Assembly (NCBI GenBank): GCA_944349635.1
Contig: CALVNH010000006.1
Span: 2,195 to 66,194, forward strand
Origin: an uncultured Clostridia bacterium
GTDB taxonomy: Bacteria; Bacillota; Clostridia; Christensenellales; CAG-917
Reading direction: 5' to 3'
DNA length: 64,000 nt
The notes beneath the pieces are model-generated. The model was not told the origin of the DNA. It worked only from the letters and a program-made list of their open reading frames with translations, and ran no database searches. The translations under genes were made by a program, and so were the position numbers. Position 1 is the stretch's first letter. Each line of letters starts with the position of its first letter. Positions 20,207-30,997 of this stretch are shown piece after piece.

Positions 20207-20524
20207 TCAGAAAAGGCCTGCTCCGCCCAAGGGTCCGAGGAGTTCCTGCGATTCCGCGTCTGCCTGTTCCATGGCGTCGTTGAGAGCCGCAAGCACCATG
20301 TCTTCCAGCATTTCCACGTCGTCGGGGTCCACCGCTTCGGGCTTTATGGTGACGGAAACGGGGGTCTTGTTTGCTTTGAGCACCACTTCGACCATTCCTC
20401 CGCCTGCCTTGCCCGTGACTTCCGCCTCTGCAAGTTGTGCCTGCGCCTCCTGCAGTTTTTTCTGCATCATCTGCGCTTGTTTCATTATTTGTTGCATGTT
20501 GCCGCCGTAGCCGCCGAATCCCAT
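20207..20524 (-). CDS. ybaB: YbaB/EbfC nucleoid-associated protein
   Basis: 105 aa (MQQIMKQAQMMQKKLQEAQAQLAEAEVTGKAGGGMVEV...). It sits between dnaX and recR in the conserved order. GGAGG RBS. Confidence 0.9.
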   Translation of the reverse strand: MGFGGYGGNMQQIMKQAQMMQKKLQEAQAQLAEAEVTGKAGGGMVEVVLKANKTPVSVTIKPEAVDPDDVEMLEDMVLAALNDAMEQADAESQELLGPLGGAGLF

Positions 20525-20656
20525 TTTTGCCTCCGATTTTGTATTTGCGACTTACGCCGCATGCGCTTCCTGCGCTCTTCTATTCTATGCCCGAAACCTG
20601 CCGTTTGTCTTGCCTGAACCGCTTTCAAAGCGCGTTTTCGGCAATCTAACCGCATA

Positions 20657-22156
20657 TTATTTGATTTCGAGATATTTTCCGAACATTGAAGTTATGTAAG
20701 GAAGAGATTTGTCCTCGTCGAGTTTCTTGACTTCCTCTATGACGAGTTTTTGCCCGCACACGGAAGAAAACGCCTCGTTGAGCAAATCCCTGTTTGACTT
20801 GTCGGTAAGAATCTTCATACATGACGAAGAGCCAACCTTGACTCTGAAAACGCCGCCGTCGCTCTCCACTTCCGCCTCCGTAGCGGCAAGCGCTATGAAC
20901 GCAGCGCCTTTTTTCTGCAATTCGGATGCCACTCTCGCCCACACCTGCACGGCATCCTCTTTTGCAGGTGCGCTCTTAAAACCCGGTTTCGCCAGCGCCT
21001 GAACTTTCCTTTCGAGCTGCGCTATCTTTTGCTCCAACTCCCTTTCCTTTGCCGTGGTGCCTGCGGCAGGCGCTTCCGTGGCCGCGGAAATAACCGCGGA
21101 TTCGAACAGAATTCTGTGTTGAGTGCTGTATCTGAACTCCCCTTCCGTTGCCGTCATGGTTTTCAGTACGGAAAGCATTTTCTGAACGGAGTGTTTTTCA
21201 CCGAGAGCGCGCAGCGCCGCGCATTGCTCCTCGGGTAGCGACAGAATTTCCGCTGCCGTTTCACAGGTCTTGACATAAATGGCGTTGCGGAGCAACGCAG
21301 CGACGTCGGATGCGAGTATTGCCATACTTTTGCCGGAATCGCACATCTCGGCAACGGTTTTCAACGCCTCGTCGACATTGCCCGAGAGAATGTTCCCGAC
21401 GAATCCCACAAGCTTTACGGGGTCGGAAGTGCCCAACACCTCCATAACGCCGTCGTAAGTGACGTTTCCCGCGCAGAAGCTGACGCACATATCCGCGATG
21501 GACAGCGCGTCGCGCACGCTTCCTTGCCCTGCCGCAGCAATCATGTTGACTGCCTGTTCTTCGTATTCCACGCCGATTTCGTCAAAGATGAACCTGATGC
21601 GCGCGGCGATTGCCGAAGTCGGCACCAGTCTGAAATCAAAGCGCAGACAACGCGACAGAATGGTCGCGGGAATTGCGTGCACCTCGGTCGTGGCCAGAAT
21701 GAAGATGGCGTGTTCGGGCGGCTCTTCCAGCGTTTTGAGCAAAGCGTTATGCGCGCTTTTGGAAAGCATGTGGACTTCGTCCACAATGTAGACCTTGTAT
21801 CTCCCTATCGTGGGGGGGAAGTTGATTTTGTCGGTGAGTTCGCGAATCTGGTCGACGGAGTTGTTGGAAGCCGCGTCGATTTCCAGAATGTCGAAATTGC
21901 CTGAAAGCGCAAGTTCCAGACACACCTCGCATTTTCCGCACGGAGAGCCGTCCACGGGATGCAGACAGTTTACCGCACGAGAAAAAATCTTCGCGACGGA
22001 AGTTTTGCCCGTGCCGCGCGTACCCGTGAACAGATAGGCGTGTCCGATATTGCCTGACTTTATCTGATTGACGAGAGTGCGGACAATGTGTTCCTGACCG
22101 ATGACGTCGCGGAAAGTATCCGGACGATATCTGCGATAAAGCGATGTGTATGCCAT
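20657..22156 (-). CDS. dnaX: DNA polymerase III subunit gamma/tau
   Basis: ORF 20657-22192, start moved to ATG 22156 (MAYTSLYRRYRPDTFRDVIGQEHIV). Walker A is GTRGTGKTS and the zinc module is CGKCEVC. Confidence 0.92.
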   Translation of the reverse strand: MAYTSLYRRYRPDTFRDVIGQEHIVRTLVNQIKSGNIGHAYLFTGTRGTGKTSVAKIFSRAVNCLHPVDGSPCGKCEVCLELALSGNFDILEIDAASNNSVDQIRELTDKINFPPTIGRYKVYIVDEVHMLSKSAHNALLKTLEEPPEHAIFILATTEVHAIPATILSRCLRFDFRLVPTSAIAARIRFIFDEIGVEYEEQAVNMIAAAGQGSVRDALSIADMCVSFCAGNVTYDGVMEVLGTSDPVKLVGFVGNILSGNVDEALKTVAEMCDSGKSMAILASDVAALLRNAIYVKTCETAAEILSLPEEQCAALRALGEKHSVQKMLSVLKTMTATEGEFRYSTQHRILFESAVISAATEAPAAGTTAKERELEQKIAQLERKVQALAKPGFKSAPAKEDAVQVWARVASELQKKGAAFIALAATEAEVESDGGVFRVKVGSSSCMKILTDKSNRDLLNEAFSSVCGQKLVIEEVKKLDEDKSLPYITSMFGKYLEIK

Positions 22157-22163
22157 AGATAAG

Positions 22164-22192
22164 ATTATAGCTTGAATTATAAAATAATGCAA
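22164..22192 (-). promoter_or_regulatory. sigma-70-type promoter of dnaX; the -10 box is 7 nt from the ATG (leaderless transcript predicted)
   Basis: The minus strand reads TTGCAT-17 nt-TATAAT-cttatct-ATG. No Shine-Dalgarno sequence. Confidence 0.5.
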
Positions 22193-22195
22193 GGG

Positions 22196-22223
22196 TTGAC
22201 TTCAATCAAGACTTGACTTCAAT
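22196..22223. repeat. two 11-nt direct repeats (TTGACTTCAAT, period 17) abutting the dnaX -35 box
   Basis: Read directly: gTTGACTTCAATcaagacTTGACTTCAATg. On the dnaX strand this is ATTGAAGTCAA x2, immediately upstream of TTGCAT. Confidence 0.8.
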
Positions 22224-22824
22224 GTCCGCGGGCGCAAAAGAGCAAGCACCGCGGTATACGGTGCGGCAAGCAACCGAATCGGGGGCACGAAAGTCAACAG
22301 ATATGCATTGAAGGCAATTAGCACACGAAACGTGTTTCAATTCTGTGTTGCAGCCACATCAATAACACGATTCGTGTAAAATTATGCTACACGGATTGTA
22401 AATCGGCGTTGAAACACGCAGGAGCCTTTCATTTTGGCACACGCTGTCCGAACACGGAAAAGGACGCATATTATTCTACAAAACGAAGCTTTATCAATTC
22501 TCACTACGACCTGACAACACGGACAAAGCCCATCCGACTGACGCCAAATAAATATCTGTCTTATCTGATTGAAAACGACATACGCACCGCTCATGCACGA
22601 TACGTGTTTTACAGCGGAGAAACAAATTTGACGGGAGTTTTCGACATCTACGCTCACATTCGGAATCCGTTACCGTCATTACACGGCGACTCACCGACGG
22701 TCTCCGGATAGTTTCGACCACTTTCCCGCATTTTTCAAGCCGCGAAAGACGACGGGTTGTTCCCACACACCGCATCGGAGCTTTCTCGCAAACAAAAGCA
22801 TGCGTTCGTCGACCGGGCGACATT

Positions 22825-23565
22825 TCACAGCGCATCGCCCAACGCGCTTCTGCAAAGCACCAGTTGCACCAGCTGATAGCGCATCGACGACGCTGCCGCC
22901 GCTTCCGTTTCGGCGGAAGAAAGGCGCGTGCTGTACTCGATGTTGTCTATGAGCGCAAGTGCAGTCACAAGCGCAAGCTTGATTTCCGTGTACTGCGACG
23001 CACTTTTATCTCTTGTCGCCGAGTTGAAAATACTGCGCTTTTCTTCGATTTGCGAGCGCAGAACCGCCACGCGCGTTTTGGCGTCGGCAATCGTCACAAT
23101 CTTTCCGTTGAGCCCGTTGGAAAGCTCGTAAAGCACTCCGAACGCAAGCGGAAAATATTCCAGCGCGTTTTCAACGGTCTTGCGGCTTTCCTTGTCCGCC
23201 CATTTCAGCTCCGACCGTTTGACGTTCACCTCCTTGATGTAAGCACCGCCGGAAGAGCCGTTGTTCAATACCGCCTCGGCATCTTCCCGCGAGGCGTAAA
23301 CCGCAAGCACCACTTCGTGAGTATCTCCCGTCAGCACGTAACCCGCGCCCCCGCGCGAACATATAAGTTCCGCGGACGCGCGCGCAAGCGAGATATCCTC
23401 GTATGCGCCGCCAATCAAAAGATAATACTTTTCTTCGTTTTCACCAAAGTTAATTGCGGAAAGAATTCCGCTTCCCCCCGCGAAATAACAGATGCCCAGC
23501 GTGGTCATAAAGCACAGCACGACGGCAGCGACGACGAGAACGTTCTGTTTGTCAATCTTGCGCAT
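22825..23565 (-). CDS. membrane-anchored protein with a possible SPOR-like domain
   Basis: ORF 22825-23832, start moved to ATG 23565 (MRKIDKQNVLVVAAVVLCFMTTLGICYF, an N-terminal TM anchor). The block KYYLLIGGAYEDISLARASAELICSRGGAGYVLTGDTHEVVLAVYASREDAEAVL resembles a SPOR fold pattern. The assignment is tentative. Confidence 0.5.
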   Translation of the reverse strand: MRKIDKQNVLVVAAVVLCFMTTLGICYFAGGSGILSAINFGENEEKYYLLIGGAYEDISLARASAELICSRGGAGYVLTGDTHEVVLAVYASREDAEAVLNNGSSGGAYIKEVNVKRSELKWADKESRKTVENALEYFPLAFGVLYELSNGLNGKIVTIADAKTRVAVLRSQIEEKRSIFNSATRDKSASQYTEIKLALVTALALIDNIEYSTRLSSAETEAAAASSMRYQLVQLVLCRSALGDAL

Positions 23566-23889
23566 AGTAAAAGTTATGACGCATTCCGACAAAATATAAT
23601 GCGGAGACGGACTGTGCGTGCGCAAAAAACAAAACCGCGCCGTTTCACGACGCGGAAGACGATGAAAATGTCTTGTCGGCGCGTGCCGCCCGACGACAGC
23701 GCACCTGACGCAGCTCACAAAACAAACGCATGACGAACCGTTTCTTCGACGCGCATACCGAACGTCCGCAGAAACAAAACGGTGTTGCTCAAAACTCGGC
23801 GTCGTGCGCTTGGAAAAAGCGACAAACGGCAACCACGTCGCGCGTTTGAAATCTGTCGGATAATCCAGGCAGTCGCGGAAAGAGTGAGT

Positions 23890-24342
23890 TCAGTCCTCCT
23901 TGAACTGTTCGCATTCAATGCCTGCTTCTTCGAGAAGTTCCTGCGCGAATTTGTCGGGATATGGATATTTGTAGACGATACGCGAAATGCCGGAATTGAT
24001 TATCATTTTCGTGCATATCGTGCAGGGCTGATGCGTGCAGTAAAGCGTGGCACCGTCCACGGAAACGCCCAGTTTCGCCGCCTGAATTATGGCATTCTGT
24101 TCGGCGTGCACCGCGTAACATTTCTCGTGTTGCGTGCCGCTGGGAATGCCCAGTTCGTCGCGCATACAGACACCTTTGTCGCGGCAGTTGAAAATGCCGG
24201 AGGGCGCGCCGTTGTATCCCGTGGTGAGAATGCGCTTGTTTTTGGTGATGATTGCGCCCACGGAACGACCGCTGCGCGCACAGCTGGACCACGTGGAAAC
24301 GAATTCGCACATGTCCATGAATCTTTTATCCCATTTATCCAT
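23890..24342 (-). CDS. comEB: deoxycytidylate (dCMP) deaminase, ComEB-type
   Basis: ORF 23890-24414, start moved to ATG 24342 (GAGG RBS). Zinc-deaminase motifs HAEQNAI and PCTICTKMI are present. Confidence 0.85.
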   Translation of the reverse strand: MDKWDKRFMDMCEFVSTWSSCARSGRSVGAIITKNKRILTTGYNGAPSGIFNCRDKGVCMRDELGIPSGTQHEKCYAVHAEQNAIIQAAKLGVSVDGATLYCTHQPCTICTKMIINSGISRIVYKYPYPDKFAQELLEEAGIECEQFKED

Positions 24343-24827
24343 AGCAACCTCGATGCCGGCAATTTGACCGCACTCGCTTTGTGCGGTCGCGAACTTACCA
24401 AAATATGATAGCACAGCACGATGAATTTTTCAATACAATTTCCCGCCGCGGCACCGTAAACGCAAAAAGATTTCCCCACCGCGCAGACCCGAGACCGCCT
24501 TTCAATCCGCAACGCGGCAACCGCCCGACAAATCCGCAACGCGGCAAAGTACGCGGCAGCAGGCTTTGCAAGCCCTCGAAGCGGAGAAAGAGAAACAAAA
24601 TCCGACCCGTCCGTCACGAAAAACCGTCTTTCATTGCGAAAACATGCCGTTTGCGGCATTTGTCCGGTGTTTTGCGAATAGTTTAAAACCGACGAAATTT
24701 TTATAATTTTTTTCGAAAATTTTAAGTTTGTTTTAACGATTTTTGTTAAATCGACACGTGTCGGCGGAATATTCGTGTCCCGCGTCAAAAAAATTTATAT
24801 TTTTTCAAAAAATTGCGTCATAAAGTA

Positions 24828-24856
24828 TTGACATTTGGCAACCACTATACTAAACT
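24828..24856 (+). promoter_or_regulatory. sigma-70-type promoter of groESL
   Basis: TTGACA-17 nt-TAAACT, immediately followed by the CIRCE element. Confidence 0.6.
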
Positions 24857-24857
24857 G

Positions 24858-24884
24858 TTAGCAATCTGGCACAAAGAGTGCCAA
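24858..24884 (+). promoter_or_regulatory. CIRCE operator (HrcA binding site)
   Basis: TTAGCAaTC-N9-GAGTGCcAA versus the consensus TTAGCACTC-N9-GAGTGCTAA (2 mismatches). It lies between the -10 box and groES. Confidence 0.75.
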
Positions 24885-24917
24885 ATTACATTGAAAATCG
24901 TTGCAGGAGGCATATAA

Positions 24918-25202
24918 ATGGCAATTAAACCATTGTTTGACAAAGTCGTCATCAAAGCAATCGAGAAAAGCGACACCACCGAAAGCGGTATCGTGCTCCC
25001 CGGCGCAGCTCAGGAAAAACCCCAGCTTGCCGAAGTCATCGCGGTTGGTCCCGGCGGAATCATCGACGGCAAAGAAACCGTCATGCAGGTGAAAGTCGGC
25101 GACAAGGTGCTCTATTCCAAATACGCGGGAAGCGAATTCAAAATCGACGGACAGGAAGTCGTCATCGTCCGTCAGGCGGACATTCTCGCCATCGTCGAAT
25201 GA
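24918..25202 (+). CDS. groES: co-chaperonin GroES
   Basis: 94 aa, MAIKPLFDKVVIKAIEKSDTTESGIVLPGAAQEKPQLAEVIAVGPG. AGGAGG RBS. Confidence 0.97.
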   Translation: MAIKPLFDKVVIKAIEKSDTTESGIVLPGAAQEKPQLAEVIAVGPGGIIDGKETVMQVKVGDKVLYSKYAGSEFKIDGQEVVIVRQADILAIVE

Positions 25203-25223
25203 CGACATTTTACGGAGGTATAA

Positions 25224-26855
<1,632 letters not shown>

Positions 26856-26893
26856 ACGGTGTGCGGCGAAACCGCACAGGCATGAAACCAACG

Positions 26894-26923
26894 GGACGCA
26901 GACATGTTCTGCGTCCTTTTTTT
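26894..26923 (+). terminator. groESL intrinsic terminator
   Basis: GGACGCAGA-catgt-TCTGCGTCC (9 bp) followed by seven T residues. Confidence 0.88.
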
Positions 26924-27120
26924 CGTCGAAAAAAACAGCAATACGCCTCTAATACGGCGCAAAGAGCCCAAATCGCAAAACCGCAACGTAAAGCTTATAT
27001 TACGGCGCATAAACCCATGTTTTGTGCATTTTAACGCAAAAAACGCTTTCTCTCGCTCGTATATTCGGAAGAGCTCGGAAAGGGCACGTAAAATTTTGTC
27101 GAAAACATGCTCTCATTCGT

Positions 27121-27149
27121 TTGACACGGGGGGCGGCATTCTCTATAAT
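27121..27149 (+). promoter_or_regulatory. sigma-70-type promoter of the regulator-potABCD operon
   Basis: TTGACA-17 nt-TATAAT, consensus hexamers. Confidence 0.6.
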
Positions 27150-27253
27150 GTTAGCTGCACCGTGTTTAGTATTTCTAAACTTTTGCCTTACAATCTTTTA
27201 ACTTACTAAACTCGGAGTAAATTTTGCCTAAACCGCAAAAATACGAGGTGACT

Positions 27254-27787
27254 ATGGAACTCGGTGCCAAAATCAAACGCCTGCGCCTGCAATGCGGATT
27301 TACGCAGGAAGAGCTTGCCGACAGATGCGAACTGACCAAAGGTTACATTTCGCAACTGGAAAACGAACTGACTTCTCCGTCCATTCAGACCTTGCTCGAC
27401 GTGCTGTCCGCGCTCGGAACCACCGCGGCGGAGTTCTTCGGAGAGGAACAGGAGGAACAGATTGTTTTCACGTCCGACGACTTTTTCGAAAAGGACGCCG
27501 ACGGGCACACCGTCACGTGGCTTGTTCCAAACAGCCAGAAGAACGAGATGGAACCCGTCAAGATGCAAATCAAGCCGCACTCCTGCCTGGACAAGGACAT
27601 GCCTCACGAGGGCGAGGAATTCGGTTTCGTGTTGCAAGGCGACATCGTCATCCACCTCGGGAAAAAGGAGTACACGGCAAAGAGCGGCGACGCTTTCTAT
27701 TACGAAAGCGACAAAGTACATTATCTTGAAAATCGCACGGCGGAAACCGCCGTTGTGTTGTGGGTGGCGTCCCCTCCCACGTTTTAA
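27254..27787 (+). CDS. XRE-family HTH plus cupin transcriptional regulator (PuuR-like)
   Basis: ORF 27224-27787. ATG 27254 is preferred because GAGGTG lies upstream. The HTH is [30 protein letters not shown], with a C-terminal cupin. It lies directly upstream of the polyamine ABC transporter genes. Confidence 0.8.
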   Translation: MELGAKIKRLRLQCGFTQEELADRCELTKGYISQLENELTSPSIQTLLDVLSALGTTAAEFFGEEQEEQIVFTSDDFFEKDADGHTVTWLVPNSQKNEMEPVKMQIKPHSCLDKDMPHEGEEFGFVLQGDIVIHLGKKEYTAKSGDAFYYESDKVHYLENRTAETAVVLWVASPPTF

Positions 27788-27801
27788 TTAAGGAGAGAGC
27801 T

Positions 27802-29361
27802 ATGTCTGAGAACATCATCGAACTGAAAAACCTGACCAAGACATACGGCGCGAAAGACGCCGTCAAAAACGCCAGCCTCAACATCAAAAGAGGCGAATTC
27901 GTCACGCTGCTCGGACCTTCCGGTTGCGGAAAGACAACCACTCTCCGCATGATTGCGGGTTTTGAAATGCCCACATCGGGGCAAATAATTTTCGACGGAG
28001 AGGACATAACTACCACTCCTCCGCACCTGCGCAAGGTCAACACCGTATTCCAGAGATACGCTCTGTTTCCTCACCTGAACGTTTTCAACAACATCGCCTT
28101 CGGTCTGAAGCTCAAGACCATTCCCGCGGGCACGAAAACCAACCGCAAAGGCGAGGAAGTTCAACTCTTCCGCAAGTACACCAAAGCCGAAATCAAATCC
28201 AAAGTGGACGCCGCTCTCAAAATGGTGGACCTCGAGGACTACGGTCACAGATACGTTTCCTCTCTGTCCGGCGGACAACAGCAACGCGTCGCCATTGCCC
28301 GCGCGCTTGTCAACGAGCCCGAAGTGCTGCTTCTCGACGAACCTCTCGGTGCTCTCGACCTCAAAATGCGCAAGGATATGCAACTGGAACTGATGAACAT
28401 GCACAAACAGCTGGGCATCACTTTCGTGTACGTCACTCACGACCAGGAAGAGGCCCTCACTATGAGCGACAAAATCGTCGTTATGCGTGACGGCGTCATT
28501 CAGCAGATTGCCACCCCCGAAAAGATTTACGACGAACCCGCAAACGCATTCGTCGCTGACTTCATCGGCGAATCCACCATACTTTCCGGCGTGATGCTTG
28601 CCGACTACAAAGTCGAGTTTGCGGGCGCAATTTTCGAATGCGTCGACAAGGGCTTCAAGAAAAACGAACCCATCGACGTCATCATTCGTCCCGAAGACCT
28701 CAAAATTCTCTCCCCCGACGACAAAAAGACCATCATCACCGCGGAAGTCATCTCCTCGGTGTTCAAGGGCGACCACTATCAGGTGACCCTAATGGCAAAC
28801 GAAAACGAATTCATCGCTCACGACACCGCGACCTACGAAACGGGTTCCACCGTGGGACTTTACATCAAGCCCTTTGACCTTCACATCATGCACAAATCGC
28901 GCGTCATCAACGAAATCGACACGGAAATGGCGGCGGAGAACTCCGTTTACATCTGCGGAGAAAAGTTTGAATGTGTGTGTCCCTTCGAAGCGGGAACGCC
29001 CGTCAAGGTCAGCGTCGATTTCGACGACGTCATCATCACCGACGACGAAGAGGACGGCACCATAGGTGCAACCGTGGTGAGTTCAATCTACAAAGGCAGC
29101 TATTATCAATGCATAGTGCGCACCGACGATTATTACGATTTCTTCGTCGACACCGACGACGACTGGCTGAAAGGCGACCGCGTCGGCATCAACATCGCAC
29201 CCGAAAAGATAATCGTCGAGAAGCGCGAAGTCAATGCGGACGGCGAGGCTCTCCCCTCCGAACAGGCTCAACCCGTCGTCATCGACCAGACCGTGGAAGA
29301 AGCCGCCGAAAACGGGACGGAAGGCACTGCCGTCGCAGACGACAAGGAGGTGCAGGAGTGA
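27802..29361 (+). CDS. potA: spermidine/putrescine ABC transporter ATP-binding protein with a duplicated C-terminal regulatory domain
   Basis: ORF 27760-29361, start moved to ATG 27802 (AGGAGAG RBS). Walker A is GPSGCGKTT, the signature is [15 protein letters not shown] and Walker B is [11 protein letters not shown]. 519 aa. Confidence 0.9.
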   Translation: MSENIIELKNLTKTYGAKDAVKNASLNIKRGEFVTLLGPSGCGKTTTLRMIAGFEMPTSGQIIFDGEDITTTPPHLRKVNTVFQRYALFPHLNVFNNIAFGLKLKTIPAGTKTNRKGEEVQLFRKYTKAEIKSKVDAALKMVDLEDYGHRYVSSLSGGQQQRVAIARALVNEPEVLLLDEPLGALDLKMRKDMQLELMNMHKQLGITFVYVTHDQEEALTMSDKIVVMRDGVIQQIATPEKIYDEPANAFVADFIGESTILSGVMLADYKVEFAGAIFECVDKGFKKNEPIDVIIRPEDLKILSPDDKKTIITAEVISSVFKGDHYQVTLMANENEFIAHDTATYETGSTVGLYIKPFDLHIMHKSRVINEIDTEMAAENSVYICGEKFECVCPFEAGTPVKVSVDFDDVIITDDEEDGTIGATVVSSIYKGSYYQCIVRTDDYYDFFVDTDDDWLKGDRVGINIAPEKIIVEKREVNADGEALPSEQAQPVVIDQTVEEAAENGTEGTAVADDKEVQE

Positions 29362-30176
29362 CAAACGCCGTTGCTGCCGTGCGTCCCGCACGCAAAAAGT
29401 TCAAAATCACAAAACGGGTGTTCAGCTATCCGTATGTGCTGTTTATGTTGCTGTTTGTGGTTTTGCCGCTGGTGATGATTCTCGTCAACGCCTTCCTCGA
29501 CAGCGACAATAACCTCACCCTCGAAAACTTCAAAATCTTCTTTACGGAGAAAAGCAGTCTGATAGTCCTCGGCAATTCCGTGTTCGTGGGACTCGTCACC
29601 ACGCTCATCTGTCTGCTCATCGGCTACCCCGTGGCTTACTTCCTTTCCAAGATGAGCAGCGGCAAAGTGCTCGTGCTCTTCTTCGTGTTGCCGATGTGGG
29701 TCAACTTCCTCATCCGTACTCTTGCCACAAAAGCGATTTTCCTCGCCATGGACGTGACTCTCGGCATGGGAACGGTGGTGTTCGGAATGGTGTACAACTA
29801 TCTGCCGTTTATGATTCTGCCTCTGCACACCACGCTGTCCTCGATTGACCGCAGTTACATCGAAGCGGCGCAGGACCTCGGCGCGGACAGTTCCACCGTC
29901 TTTCTCAAAACGATACTGCCCCTGTCCGTAAGCGGCATTATCAGCGGAATAACGATGGTGTTCATTCCCACCATTTCCACGTTCGCCATTTCCCAGCTGC
30001 TCTCCAACGGAAAAATCTTCCTCTTCGGCGACAGCATTCAGATGAAATTCGACCAGGGGCTGTACGGCGTGGGCTCCATCATGAGCATAGTCATGCTGGT
30101 GTTCGTGCTGGTGTCCAACTTCCTGATGAACAGAGTCGGAAGAAACAATAACAACATGGGGAGGTCGTTATGGTGA
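29358..30176 (+). CDS. potB: spermidine/putrescine ABC transporter permease
   Basis: The in-frame GTG 29358 overlaps the potA stop (GTGA), with AGGAGG upstream. It is polytopic and carries the EAA loop [21 protein letters not shown]. Confidence 0.85.
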   Translation: MTNAVAAVRPARKKFKITKRVFSYPYVLFMLLFVVLPLVMILVNAFLDSDNNLTLENFKIFFTEKSSLIVLGNSVFVGLVTTLICLLIGYPVAYFLSKMSSGKVLVLFFVLPMWVNFLIRTLATKAIFLAMDVTLGMGTVVFGMVYNYLPFMILPLHTTLSSIDRSYIEAAQDLGADSSTVFLKTILPLSVSGIISGITMVFIPTISTFAISQLLSNGKIFLFGDSIQMKFDQGLYGVGSIMSIVMLVFVLVSNFLMNRVGRNNNNMGRSLW

Positions 30177-30997
30177 AAAAACTCAAAAACTTCTGCGAGA
30201 AATCCTATCTTCTCATAATTCTCGCCATACTGTACGCTCCCATTCTGCTCATCATCGTGTACAGTTTCTCCAACAGCTCCAACTTCAACTTCTCGGAAGG
30301 CTTCACGTTCGAGGCTTACGTTTCGATATTCACCTCCGAAAAGTCACCCGCCCTTTGGGACGCCGTCAAAAACACTCTCATCATAGCCTGCATATCCTCG
30401 GTGTTCGCAACCGTGATGGGCACGTTCGCCGCAATCGGCATTCACAGCATGGGCAGACGCTCACGCAGAATCGTCGAAAACGTAAACCAGTTCCCCATCA
30501 TCAACAGCGAAATCGTCATGGCGGTTTCTTTAATGATATTCTTCGTCACGTTCGCGTTCCCCGAAGGCTATCTCAGACTGGTCATCGCACACATCGCGTT
30601 CTGCACTCCCTACGTCGTGCTCAGCGTGCTTCCCAAACTCGAAAGCATGGACCCCAACGTCTACGAGGCGGCGCTCGACCTTGGCGCAAATCCCTTCAAA
30701 GCGCTGGTCAAGGTGCTCTTCCCGATGATTACGCCTGGAATCGTCAGCGGATTCGTGCTCTCTTTCACGCTCTCGATTGACGATTTCATCATTACGCAGA
30801 TAAACAAGGGCGCGTCCACGGGCATCAACACGCTGTCCACCTACATCTATTCGGACGCGCGCGTTCAGGGGCTGGAACCCTTCTGGTATGCGATATTCTC
30901 CATCATTTTCGTGGTGGTGCTCGCGATACTGCTCACCGCCAATCTTTATAAGATAAGAAAACAGAAACAGGCGCAAAAGGAGGGCAAAGCAATATGA
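30170..30997 (+). CDS. potC: spermidine/putrescine ABC transporter permease
   Basis: 275 aa. The EAA loop is YEAALDLGANPFKALVKVLFP. It overlaps the end of potB. Confidence 0.88.
   Translation: MVKKLKNFCEKSYLLIILAILYAPILLIIVYSFSNSSNFNFSEGFTFEAYVSIFTSEKSPALWDAVKNTLIIACISSVFATVMGTFAAIGIHSMGRRSRRIVENVNQFPIINSEIVMAVSLMIFFVTFAFPEGYLRLVIAHIAFCTPYVVLSVLPKLESMDPNVYEAALDLGANPFKALVKVLFPMITPGIVSGFVLSFTLSIDDFIITQINKGASTGINTLSTYIYSDARVQGLEPFWYAIFSIIFVVVLAILLTANLYKIRKQKQAQKEGKAI

Noticed and set aside
20900-20945. A-run (CAG AAA AAA GGC) in dnaX as a possible gamma-subunit -1 frameshift site.
   Set aside because: The heptamer is not in the X XXY YYZ register relative to the zero frame. The -1 frame also stays open to the end of the gene (it is ORF 20646-20942), so no truncated gamma-like product would result.
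22157-22400. Expected an SRP RNA (ffs/scr) gene immediately upstream of dnaX, as in Bacillus.
   Set aside because: Neither strand contains the invariant helix-8 sequence (..GGAAGCAGC.. with a GNRA-type loop). The local hairpins (CACCG-cggtata-CGGTG, CCGCGG pairs) do not reproduce the SRP domain IV pattern. The region is kept only as an unexplained gap.
22409-22711. 100-aa + strand ORF (open frame extends back to 22322) inside the dnaX-upstream gap.
   Set aside because: It has a TTG start with no RBS and no internal ATG. Its composition is atypical and it shows no recognisable motif. I did not call it a CDS, but a pseudogene or foreign remnant is not excluded.
28971-29357. N-terminal 129 codons of the potB ORF as listed in the track.
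   Set aside because: This segment overlaps potA out of frame and is Arg-rich nonsense. The real permease sequence begins at GTG 29358, which has an AGGAGG RBS.
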